The notes under the pieces are model-generated. The model was not told the DNA's origin and made no database searches. It worked only from the letters and a program-made list of their open reading frames with translations. The position numbers and the translations under genes are program-made. A stretch of DNA of 64,000 bases from the human T2T-CHM13v2.0 reference genome, Homo sapiens. How positions within the stretch are numbered: position 1 is the first letter of the stretch; each line of letters starts with the position of its first letter. This document shows positions 11,861 to 25,746 of this stretch, piece by piece. The DNA is taken from assembly GCF_009914755.1 (NCBI RefSeq), contig NC_060932.1; one strand, 5' to 3'.

Positions 11861-12811
11861 CTGTAAAAAACTAGAAAACCATGAAATCTTTACATTTGTT
11901 CATGTTTTGTAATTGCAAGGCTCAATATGAGCTTTTTAACAATGAAAGTAATTTTTAACTTGCTCATGAAATGCAGTTTTTTCATGGTCACAACTTTTAC
12001 TATTCTAATTTATAAGTTGTTGATGTTATCTCTTTTTTGATTTGTATAAACCTTAGTAATCTGATCTAATTAGTACTTTTTTTACCCATGATGCAATATT
12101 TAACTTACACAGCAAATGCACCAAACTTATAATACAATGCAGATTTTGTTATTTTTGTTTAAACTTGATAGACAAGTTTTAACTGGATAATATTAGATCT
12201 CACTGCTCTCCTGTAATTGTGCCAAACGCTGAGAATGTAACTTCATTTTATGTAAACACTCCTGTGATAAAGAAAAAATGTGTTTAAAAAATCAAGCAAG
12301 CTCGATTTATGGCATTGTCTATCTAGCATTAAAGAAAATGCCTAGTCATTTGTGTATTAAACAGGATTTTCTAGATTTATTATTTTCTTCCCTTTCCTCT
12401 TTAAGTAAGTCCTTACCCCTTTATTCTCTGATGTATTGATATATTATGTAAGCTAAGTAAAATATGGAACTTCAGTGCTGAATTGTTTTATTGGTTACCA
12501 TAGTAGTGCTACCATAGCATAGTAGTGTTTTTGCTCATTAAAGAGTTATTTTTCTAAATTAGAAAAGTAGAATCTATGTTTTCTGCTTTTTTTCCTATTT
12601 TCTAATTAATTGTCTTCTAACCCTTCTAAAACTCCATTTCTAGAATTTAGAGTACAGGAAGTGTATACAAAAGAATTTCGAAACAATCCTTTTTTCCTGT
12701 CTGATAAGGATGATATCTATCCAGTTGACACTGTAAGTATTGACTAGGTGAGATATTTGCATTGTCCCTTTTCCTCAAAGGGTTATAATAGATGGTTTAA
12801 ACTGCTTGTAG

Positions 12812-13131
<320 letters not shown>

Positions 13132-15066
13132 TCAAAGTGATTTTTTTAACTGGTTTCACATCAGATCAGAAAGGTCCTTATAATTTAGGCACAGTTTAAG
13201 CTAGCTCCAACCTATTAAAGTTAGTTATTTTAAAATAATATCATCTAAACCTCTTCCAACTGCTTTAAAATTATTCTTACTAATCTGACAATAAGAGGTT
13301 ACTTGTAATTGTCCATATACATACATTGTCCCCAGGATATTGAGAAAGGTTTTGAGATATTACTATCATCAAGCTTAAAAATATAGTCATAAGGACAGTG
13401 ATAGGCAGGTTTTGGACTAGGGCTTGTGGTGAATGGAGATCAGTGTGACTTAAACATTACTTCCTTTCTGGACTCAATCTTTGCTGTCACATGACCTCCT
13501 CCAGACTGCTTTCTATCCAAATAAATGGGTCACATTAGGATTTTATGTTCTTATAGTAAAGAATACACTTAGTAACCTTTTGGTCCAGTACTGTGAAGAT
13601 GTGCTATCAAATATGTCTGTCTGATTCTCTCTGTCTGCCTGCTTTGTTGATGAACATAAAAGTCAAGTAAGAGTTTTGATTCAAGTCTTTTATAATATGA
13701 ACTTAACAAATCAAAGTCAAGACGTCCTATTTGGAGAGAAAGGTAAAATATATCCTTCATACTTTGATTCAATATTGTAAATTTTGTGAGTTATAAGTAC
13801 AAATATTGGGTTCTAATGTGTATTAAATAGTGAACTATGAAAAATATCCCACATATATGTCACCAAATAATTAAAATCCTGAAGTTATTCTGAATTATAG
13901 CAGTCGTTTATAAATATTCTAAAACCTTAGGCAAGAATGCATACTTAAGGTTCTTGCCTTTTGCTAGCAAATGATAGGAGAGCAACAATTTGTGTCTTTG
14001 TTCCTATACCCACACCTTTCACATAGCAGAATTTGGAACATGGTTAAAGCCGTAGATTGGGTTGAACATTGATGTTCAGTAGAGTGGTCAAAATGGGAAG
14101 GATATGAACCTGAAAGTTCATTATCTGAATGTCAGATATATAAGAGCAGAAGTTACCCAGGTAGTAGGAGGCTGTTGTTTGGTTCCAGGCTAATACAGAA
14201 GTCATAAAAACATGTCTCATATATTTTGGTGATAGGTTTTACTCAGGAAGCAGTCTGTTAGGATCTACAGAGAAAGTAGCATTCTTAGATGGTACTGTGT
14301 AATTCTAGTATCTTCTTCAGCAGTGTTTTCTTAATTGTAGGAGAGCAGAGTAGCTCCCTAGGAATTAAAAATTTTTTTTTTGGAAAAACAAAGCACTGAA
14401 GACAGAGGGATCAGAGGAATGTAACCTAGAAAAATTGGTGAAAACATTGTGGTATATTGATTGACTGATTCACAGTACTACATCCTAGTCCAAAAGCAAT
14501 GTGGATCTTCATGTAGTTGTTTAGCTTGTGCTTGGGAAAATATAGATCTTCCTCCTTTTCCCTTTCCACATGTCCTCACTTTACAGTGACCTCCTTGCCT
14601 GTTTCTCCTTACAGTTGGCCTCTACAGCAGCTTCAGGCTCAGAGATTATAGTGATTAAGGAAATAACATAGGCTGAAATAAGTGAAAGCAGGTGTAATAA
14701 GGAGCAGTTGGCTTGGGGTGGGTCAGGAGACCTGAATGAAAATCATGATGCTGCCATTCCTTACCTATGCTCCTGGAGCTAAGGGAACACGTTTTAATTG
14801 GCCTTCCAGAAATTCTCAAAAAACAATTTTATCTGTACTTCACTGGCCAAAACTTGGTCAAGTGGCCCTGTCTAACTGCAACAAAGCCTGAAAAAGGTAA
14901 CCTTTATTTCATATGTCTGGCTAAAAACCAGGGCTCTTTTTTTTTTTTAAAGGAAAATTGGAGAATGAATAATCGGAGGTATCTGCTAGTCTTTGTTAGA
15001 TGAAGCCTATAGTGTTGAGAAAGAGGCTTTTAAACGAAAATGCTCAAAAATAAATTATGGAATACT

Positions 15067-16320
15067 TTGATGTTATGAGGTAGATAGATAACATATGTTT
15101 TTGTCCACAGTTCCTGGCTCGTAACTACCATAGTCCTTGATAAACAGACTCTCTCTCTCTTTCTCCTGCCTGCCTTTCACCTGCCCACAGCAGGACTCTA
15201 ATCTGATTGAAGATCATAAGACTTTCATTCCAGGGAGCATCCTGCCCCATACCCTGGAGGAAGGAATGCTGCACAGAGAGGTCAAGAAGAATCTGAACAG
15301 ACAGGCCTGCTGGGTTTAGATCATATCTTTTTTATCCAGTCACATTTCAACATGGTTTTCCATGTTTTAGTCATGCTTATGAAGTCCCCATAAAAAGGCC
15401 TCATAAAAAGTCCCCAATGAAGTCCCGATAAAAAGACCCAAGAGGGCAGAGTTTGGGAGTTTCCAGATAGCTGAACATGTTGAGGTTCCTGGAGGGTGGC
15501 ATACCCGGGCTGGCAGGGAAGCTGCATGCCCCTTTCCCCATACTCTATCCTACACATCTATATTAGTCTGTTCTCATGCTGCTAATGAAGACATACCTGA
15601 GATTGGGTAATTTATAAAGGAAAGAGGTTTGATGGACTCACACTTCCACAATCATGGCAGAAGGCAAAGGAGAAGCAAAGTCACATCTTACATGGAGGCA
15701 GACAAGAGGGCATGTACAGGGGAACTCCCCTTTATAAAACTGTCAGATCTCATGAGACTTAGTCACTGTCATGAGAACAGCATGGGAAAGACCCGCCCCC
15801 ATGATTCAGTTACCTCCCATTGGGTCCCTCCCGTGACATGTGGGAATTATGGTAGCTACAATTCAAGATGAGATTTGGGTGGGGACACAGCCAACCCATA
15901 GCATCTCTTCATCTGTATGCTTTGCAGTGTCCTTTATAATAAGCCGATAAATGTAAGTAAGTGTTTCCCTGAGTTCTATGAGCTGCTGTAGCAAATTATT
16001 TGAATCCAAAGAGGGATCATGTGAACCCCAGCTTGAAGCTAGTCAGTCAGAAGTTCTGGAGGCCTGGACTTGTAAATTTCACTGAAGAGGGCAGTCTTGG
16101 GAACTGAGCCCTTAACCTGTGGGATCTAGCACTATCTCCAGGTACACAGTGTCAGAATTGATTGGAGGACACCCAGTTGGTGGCTGCTGCAGAACTGATT
16201 GATTGCTTGATGATGGGGAGAACCTCCTCATACCTCACATTTGGTCACAGAAGTCTTCTGTGATGATTGTTGTGTTGGTCTGAGAGCAGAGGAAAAACAT
16301 GGTTTAAGCGTTTACAAACA
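15067..16320 (+). mobile_element. MER21A-like LTR interrupted by a THE1 solo LTR
   Basis: Recalled MER21 consensus segments on both sides of 15559-15903. Confidence 0.6.
15559..15903 (-). mobile_element. THE1 solo LTR
   Basis: tattagtctgttctcatgctgct...gggacacagcca; reverse complement of the LTRs at 4803 and 8083. Confidence 0.85.
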
Positions 16321-16889
16321 AATACCTCCTTGATAAAGTTTTATCATTTTGGTTTTGGTAATATAGAATCAGTCATAAAAATCTTTTAAATGTAACTAAA
16401 TACCACACTGTACTTATAAGAAATTGAGAGAAATTGCCAGGGACAGAAATAAAGAAGAAACTAATAACTGCAATGGTGTGTGAACTGTGAGTTACTTGGG
16501 GGAGGAGAGGTGTCATGATTCATGGAATTCTAGGCACTTGGACTTTAGTGCTCATGTGGGGACAGAAAACTAGACCTTGGGAAGCTGGAAGTGAGATGCC
16601 ACCTACCTAACGCCAGAATTCTCGTCAAAAGGATGGACAAGGAAAAAAATCTTATGTCTGGTATAAGCTGATGACATGAAACCTGCAAATTTCCTCCTGG
16701 GCTCAGAGTAGAAAAGAAGACTCTTCTGAGAATGTATACACATGGCTCCATACCACCTCATGTGGGCTCAGGGTTAGAAGTTACATTACCCAAGCAGAGA
16801 AGGAGCAGACATAGCTGGCAGAAAGAAAAGCAAAACTTCTTTGGAAGGAAAAGCCCTTAACACTGGCCATATGTGATTCCTATGGATAA

Positions 16890-18245
16890 AATCTAGATGA
16901 GAATGAGCTCGTAATCCAAAGCACAAAATATATGAAGTTCTGTGATCAAGAGTCAGTAAACTGAATGATTGGATTCCTAACAGCTGGATAATAGGATAAT
17001 TTGGTTGAGTCTGTTACTTAAGTATATTCAAAATCATTGAAGATACAATGAAAAATTAGCATGAAAAAGCAGATCACTATAAAGAATCAAATAGAATTTC
17101 TAGAAATGTAAATATAGCCATTGGAGGCCAGGTTGGCTAGACAGCATATAAGAACTGTAGCAGCAGTTAATAATCTGAAAGATAATTTTGAAGAAACTGC
17201 ACAGAATGTAACACAGAAATGAAGATATGTCAAATATTATGAAATATTTTTAACATGTGGAAAATAGACTGAGACAGTCCAAAATTCATCTATTAGGGGT
17301 TACAGATGAGGAGGAGAGAGAATGAGAAAGGCAGTATCCCAAGAGATAATGGTTGAAAAGTTCCCAGGAAGGAACAAAGACATTAATCTTCAGATTCATA
17401 TGTCCTGAGCAAGATCAATAAAAATATTTAGTCACATTGAAGTGAAACTGTAAAATCAAAGATAAAGAGAGACAGGACAGACTTCCTACAAAGGGACTGC
17501 AGTTGACCTGATTATAGACGAATCCATCGCAACAGACAGAAGCCAGAGGACAGTGGGCTATATCTTCAAAAGTGAGAGAAAATAACTGCCACTTAGATTT
17601 CTATACCTCGGTAAGTTATTTAGGAATGAGAACAAAATAAATTTATTTTCATAAGAGACTGAGAGTTTACCAGTATCAGATCATCATTGAAAGAACCACT
17701 GAAGAGTGCATATCAGGAAGAAATGAAATGAATTAACATAAAAAGGGGTGAAATTCAAGAAGCAATGGAGAACAAAGAAATTAGTAAAAATGAGAGCAGT
17801 TCTTAACCATTGATTGTATACAACAACAATTATTATTATTTTAAAAGAAGTTACAATGAAGTGGATTTCAAATAGTGAACAACTGATACGCAAGATAGTG
17901 GGCCATGACGAGTTAAAGTGTTTCATGGGGGAAACCAAGATCCCTTCTTCATGTCATAATTATCCAGGTGGATTAGAATCCTACATGTGATAAGTAAAAC
18001 TTTGAGATATTTAGAGGAATATATATGTTTCGATGTTCGAAACAAGATAAAAAGCAAAACCTAGAATGGAAAATATTACTACATTTCACTTCATTTAAAA
18101 TATTTAATAAAATAAAAAGAAGTCCTGGAATGGAAAAAGATATTTATAGTACATAGCCCTCACAAGGACTACATATCCTAAATGTGTAGATCTACAAATT
18201 AATAAGAAAAAGAAAACACGATAGAAAAATGAAATAGAAATTCAC
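16890..18245 (+). mobile_element. Old L1M fragments (ORF1-like and 3' pieces)
   Basis: A-rich, aagaatcaaatagaatttctagaaatg and other ORF1-type segments. Confidence 0.55.
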
Positions 18246-18249
18246 TGGC

Positions 18250-18810
<561 letters not shown>

Positions 18811-19064
18811 TGTCTTTGAACCTGGCCTGGGTGCATATACTCTGTAATATGCTGGGAATTTATGAGCTTATTATGGATCCATGCAAATAAACAGTACACA
18901 GTTCTGTATTTCGGGGATGGATAACTTACTCCATTTCTTTGAACGTCAGCCGTTTTCTCTTCTTTCATAAGTAACTGAATATTTCAGACTGGGAACATTT
19001 CAGACTTTTCTCTTCGATGATGAGACTAAATTTCTAAACAATACTCTTCAAGTAAAAATTTTAA

Positions 19065-19088
19065 CCCATTTATGCCTAGTGTTCCATT
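19065..19088 (+). mobile_element. Terminal 24 bp of MER85 (piggyBac/PGBD3 MITE)
   Basis: TTAA|CCCATTTATGCCTAGTGTTCCATT. Confidence 0.7.
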
Positions 19089-21179
19089 GTATCCTGGGAC
19101 ACTGAGCCAGGAAGACCGAGGGAAGGGTGGTAGAGCATGAGGCAGTGAAACCCACAAGAAAAAGCCAGACAGTAGGAATAGTTTTATCTCCTTGGACATA
19201 TTTGGAGAATATCTAACTTATAGTGCCACAGAGGTTCTAGATATTTATAAACTTTGTGCCTGGAGTTGAGTAGCCAAACACTATTTCTGGACCTAGCTAG
19301 TTAATAGTACATCAAGAGGTAGAGTCTCTTGATTCTGTGGGCCAAGGGAAAAGGCAGTATTTGCATGTAGTTTTCATTTAATCTTTACAGTTTGTGGGCT
19401 TAGTATTTATTTGTCCATTTTATAGTTGAAAATGCTAAAGTTTGCAGAAAGTTAAGTTATTTTTCCCAAGGTAACCTAACTAGGAAGGGATGAAGCTGGC
19501 ATTTGAACGTAGGCCGGAAGGATTGCAAAACCCATATACTTTCATTCCAATATAACAAGTTGTGTAATGTGAAAAAACACTGGGTTGTGTGTTGTAATAC
19601 TGAAGTTCTGGTCCCAGACCCATTTGCTGCCTGTGTGACCCTGTTGAAGGCCCCTATAGATTAAGTTAACTCTTTTGTACAGTTGCACTAATAATATATG
19701 TCTGCTTGCCTTTTAAAAAATAATACTCCATTCCAAAATTTATCTACATCTTTACATACATATATTCCTATAAGACATGAACTTTTGTTTTTTTACTCAT
19801 TTTTCTACAACCTGTTTTTTTCACCCTAGTGTGTATCTTGTGACTGTTTCTATGGTAGCACCTCTAGATCTACCATACCCCTTTCCATAGTCACAAACTA
19901 TTCCATGGGTGTGCCATAATTTATTTAACCATTGTCCTGCTGCTGGAAATTTTGATTGTTTCTATTTTTTCACTATTGGAAACATGCTGCAGTGACTATC
20001 CAGGGATCTTAAGTACATGCAAATATTGAATTGTCGGATCTATAGCTATTAAATTTTAATAGAAACTTAAAATTATCTTTCAGAATGGTACGCTAAGATT
20101 TACTTCTACATGTAGTAAGTAATGAGCAGTTTTCTTACAAGTGCTGTATCCCTGAACAATATACATATATTTTTGTGAATTTTAAAAATAATATGTCCTT
20201 CTATAATGTATATATTTTATTTAATATTATATTTAGGAAATTTATACATATTGACACATGTACTTCTAGTTAATTTACTTTCACTACTGTAAAATATACC
20301 ACTTTATTAATATTTCATTAAACTGATATAATTTCCATTTTTATTGATATTTTTGTGAAGATTGATAAATGGTCAGTTTATATAGTCCCTGTTTATTAAA
20401 AGCAAAATTAACAAGCACCTTATTCTGTTACTCAGATCCTTTTTCTTATTTGGCTTCTCTATTTGATCTGTCCATTTCTAGTTGAGATCTATTCAAGTCT
20501 CAGCCATGATTGTGAACTGATAAATTTTCATTGCTATTCTCTAACAGTTTTTCCATTATGTAATTTTAAGCTGTTTAGTTCATGTGTGTAATATCTTTTT
20601 GGTGAGTTTTTCTTTGTCCCATTTAATGCTTTTGACTCTTAATTCCATGTATTTTTTAACATTCTGGGTAATGTTTAACAGTGACTCTTGTAGGGGACAT
20701 TTTTATGGCTTTTTAAAAAACGCAGTATAAGAGTTGCTCTTTTTCAATGGGGGGGTTTAAACCTATCCTATTTATTGTGATTGAGAACATGTTTGCATTT
20801 ATTTTTGCTGTGTTATTATGAGCATGTGTTACCACTTTATCACCTGGCATTAGATTGGTCCAGTTTCTTATTATTTCTCTCCCTCGAGTAGTTTGAAAGT
20901 CATGCATCCTGTTTCTGGTCTTCAATTGGTTACACATAACATTTAAATGGTTTTTTATATACATCTGAAACTTGAGGAAAAATCAGTATCAGAAAATTTT
21001 TTATTCCAAAAAAGTTCATTGAACATGTTTTATTACATGGCCCTCCCCACCTTATATTTTTCTGAAGTCAGCTACAGTATTAGTACCACATAGGTATTGG
21101 TTTTTTAATATTATGTTTTAATTTTTTTATATTTTAATTTTTAAAGCAATCACCATTTAACAATTATAGTAAGCTTTAC

Positions 21180-21940
21180 ACCCACATTCACTTATTCATT
21201 TATTCAGCAAATAGTTGAGAGCCTGCTAGAAGCCAAAAACTCTTCTAGGCACTGGGGAAACTAAAGTGTACCAAGTAAACAATTCCTGCGTTCATGGAAT
21301 TTATATTGTGGAATGCAGGAGACAAATTTTGTATTTCTCAGCATATTTATAATATTTGAAGGCTAGATGAGATCATCAAGTGGGTAATTGTAGATTTAAA
21401 AGAGGAAAGGAGGTCCAAGGATTGGCCCTAGGGCAGTGTAGTTGGGAAGTACCAGCAAAAATACCAAACAGGAATACCCAGAGGGATAGGAGGAAAAGCA
21501 AGACAGTGAAATCTTACAAACAGAAAATAAATGATTTCAAGGGGAAATGAGCCACCAACTGTGTCAAATGCTATAAGAGGAAAACTGAGAAGTGACCTTT
21601 GGATTTAGCAACAAGGAGGTCATTGATGACCTTGACAAGCAGTTTTGGTGGCATGGTAGAGAAGAGAGCCTTGCTGGAGTAAGATCAAAAGAGAATGAGA
21701 GGAAATGTAAACAACACTCTCCAGTAGCCTTGCTGTAAAGGGAAGGAGAAAAATGGCAGGGAGGAGAGCAAAGGTAGCTAAATAGAGAGGAGGGACAGGG
21801 CACTTTCTAAGGTGGGAGGAATAGCACCGTGCGTTATGCTGAAGGAGAAGTATACAGTGGAAGAGGAAAAAATAGGTTGGCAGGGCCAGGGCAGTATTGC
21901 TGAACCAAAGTCTGAATAGGCAGGAAAAGAGGAGGTCTAC
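21180..21940 (-). mobile_element. Decayed L2 3' region
   Basis: cattcacttattcatttattcagcaaata terminal repeat; ttggatttagcaacaaggaggtcattgatgaccttgacaag. Confidence 0.65.
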
Positions 21941-22099
21941 ATGCTGAACCACTATGCTATACTGCCTCTAGAGAAAAAGACTTTCATTTATGTCATCTTT
22001 CAATCAAATAATGAGATGATGTATGTGAAAGTACTTTATAAACTTGTAAAGAACCCTATAATGTAAGCTACTATAATAATACAAGTAGAGACTTAAATT

Positions 22100-22435
22100 T
22101 TTTTTTGTTTTTTATCATGATACATAATATTTGTATGTATTTATGGGGTGTGTATGATATTTTGATACATGCATACAGTATGTAATGATCAAATCAAGGT
22201 ATTTAGGTTATCCATCCCCTTGAACATTTATCATTTCTTTGTGTCAAGAACATTTCAAATCTTCTCTTCTAGCTATTTTGAAATATTTGAATTTTATTAT
22301 TAATTACAGTCACCCTACTGTGCTATTGAACTCTAGAATTTAATTTCTTCTATCTTACTGTGTTTGTACTCATTAACCAATCTGTCTTCATTTCCCCAAC
22401 CCCCACTCACCCTTCCCATAGTCTGGTAACTATCG
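22100..22435 (-). mobile_element. L1MA 3' end
   Basis: gatacatgcatacagtatgtaatgatcaaatc...cttctagctattttgaaata. Confidence 0.75.
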
Positions 22436-24513
22436 TTGTACAATTAGAGGCCTTAAAAATTATAAATGGTCAGTTGCTTTATCTAGCAACTTTTAAAAAC
22501 TTTGATCTCAGCCAGGGAAGTACTATTAGCTTGTCTTCAGCTGTGTGTATTTCCACACAGACACATTTACTAAGCATCAAAACATTTCACTTAGAGTACT
22601 TGGGATTTTCCCACACTGGGAATTTGAGGTTTAACCTTTCGACCACCCAGCAAGCAAAGAAAATGCTACCTCTTTTATCTTCAAGATGCCTTTAAATAAG
22701 CCTGAAGCCATTTGGGAAAACCAAATGTAATACTTCCATGAACATCTTTTTTAGCTACTTGAATAGAATCCCATGCAAGTCCATAAGATTCTTGCCCAGA
22801 TAATATAGTGTAGAAATATAAATTTGCAAGATTATTTTTTATGTTTTATAAAAATGTTGGTACAGTTGCCAACATAGGGTAAATCCTAATACCAGTGCTC
22901 AATTCCCTACATGAAATTAATACATTTTAAAATCACTCTTTAAAATTTTGAATAAAACAAATGTGTCTTAAAGAAACTAATAAGGATGAGTAATCTAAAT
23001 AATATTGGTGAATACAAATGATTTTAATTCTTCTTTCATTGTTCATTCTCATTTCTCTGTTTCACGGTTGCTAAAAGGTAAGGTATTATGCAGAGTAAGG
23101 TATTATGCAGTTTAGATAATTGATATAATTGTTTTAAATTGCCTCTTTTAGGGTATTATCAGCTGGTAGGCGTAAGTTTCTCTAATTGTCAAGTAGTGAA
23201 TCCTTTATCTGGCATTTAATCTTGCCTCCCTGGGAAAACTAGACCTTAACACAGAGTAAATTTTTGAATTGCTGACCTGAAGTAACGTGAGCCTGTGCCT
23301 TGGCAATGAACCTTTGTTTTCTGTTTTTATAGGAAGGATAATGATGTACTCTGTTGCCTGAAGGCCCTAGCCTCACTACCTTAACAAGTAACATCTAAGT
23401 AAGGTTGCAAAGGTCTGAGTTTGGAAATTCCAGAGAAGATAATTGTATTGACACAATATTTTTATTTTTCTGGGAAAGATGAGGTAATTTAAAAATGAAA
23501 CTTTTGTCATTTTTTAAGCTTCTCATCTTAGTTCTGTCAACATGACTTAAAGCATCCACCAAGTTACCTAAAAAGAATTATTACTTAATTTTTATGAAGA
23601 AATCATGTATATTTTTATCATTTCAACGTAAATTCTCATAAATAGCTCACAATTTCTCAATAAAACAGAAGAAATAGAGCTTTCTAGAGGTAGAAAGAAG
23701 AAGATTCCCTAAACGTTTTTAGCAAATGTGAAAAGGGTGTCAGGCAATTCCCATAAAATAATTTCCTAGAAGGTGTAAGGTGTAATTTCCTAGAAGGAGT
23801 AACATGAAATGGCAAATTTCAGTTATCTTTTAGCTCTCGATTTCTGTGATTTCATGTTTCTACTGTGTGGCCTCACACTTATAAATAAGGTAAGTCATGT
23901 GCCAGATCTGTGATCTGTGCTTGGGCAGTTTTCTGCAGGAGCTTTGCAAGGTCTTTTTGATAGAAAAAAAATTCCGTTTCAGCAAAATTTGCCACATCTA
24001 AAAATACTGCAATGATACCTTACCTTGAACTTCACAATGTCTATATTTTCCTATTCGGTGAAAAATAGCACTATAAAAAGTTTCACATATCTAGTTAGAA
24101 TATTCCCATATGAAGCCAAGAAATTGTAATATTATTACATTTACTAGGTAATATTTGACAAAATCATACATGCCATGATTTCATTATTTTGAAGTTTGAT
24201 GATATTTTATTTTCAGAATGGATTTTACTATATGAATGAAAGAAATGAAGTTGTTAGGATTTAAAACTTAAGTTTATATACATATATGTATTTGCAGGGA
24301 GTTTTATATTTTGTTTCTGTTACTTAGATTTTAGATTTAGAATTTTTGGTTATTTTTGTTACATACTTTGAGTATAGCAATCTGCCACCAAGTTTAGGAA
24401 TAATTCAGTTGCATAATTATAGAGCAAAATGTGAAGACCTGTAGGTAGTTCAGTCAGTTTTTGTAAACTAAACTGTAGGATACTAATAATACTTACTGTT
24501 CAGTCTCCCTTAG

Positions 24514-24929
<416 letters not shown>

Positions 24930-25321
24930 CCAAACGTTTTCTTAATCTGTTGCAGTGTTTTGAGAAAAGGTCAGAGTTACGGAAGCATTTTGCCAAATTT
25001 GGAAAACAAGGCCAGGCAGAGTACAACTGCAAATAACACTAAATATCAAGCCCATGGCTATGTCTAAGAATTTGGAAAGAGATTACAGTCTGCAGGAGAT
25101 GAAATGTATGGAACTGTCAACCTAAGTGAATCACAGCAGTTTAGTGTTTCCTGAAACAATGATGAAGGTGATTTAGAAGTGTTACCTCCCATGAGGCTTT
25201 TAATTTTACAAATGTGGTTTGTTTTGGAAGTGAGTCTCTCCATCTTTCTTAAACTTACTCTAATGTTTTTCTTTTTAGTCCTTAATATTCCATGAGTCCC
25301 TGATGTTGTCACCCAAAGTTG

Positions 25322-25746
25322 GTATGACAGAGAGACTGCAAACTGTTGAGCACAATTTCTTCTCCTTTTCCATAATAGTTAGGGTATAGATGTCCAGCTC
25401 TTCTTCATTTTCCATCCTTACTTGCACTTAAGTGTGGTTGTGTGACTTAAGTTCTCTTCAGTTGAAGGTGAGCAGAAGTGATTTGCACCACTTCTAGGCC
25501 TGGCCTATAAAAGCTTCTCACATGAACTTCTCCCATACTTTATTTCCCTCTCCCTTCGTTGATAATGACAGAGTCATCATCTGCCTGGGTCTCTGAATGA
25601 CTATATAAAGCAGAGCTCCTTGATCCCACTCCCAGCCCCTGTCCTAGTACGTTCTCTTGGGGCTCTTATGTGAGAAAGAAAGACACACACTTGTGTTGTG
25701 TTGGAGCCATTACATTTGAGGAAGTTAGCCTACCCTGTCTAATACA
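25322..25746 (+). mobile_element. MLT1J-like MaLR solo LTR
   Basis: gagcagaagtgatttgcaccacttctaggcctggcc...gcctgggtctctgaatgac...ctaataca. Confidence 0.6.
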
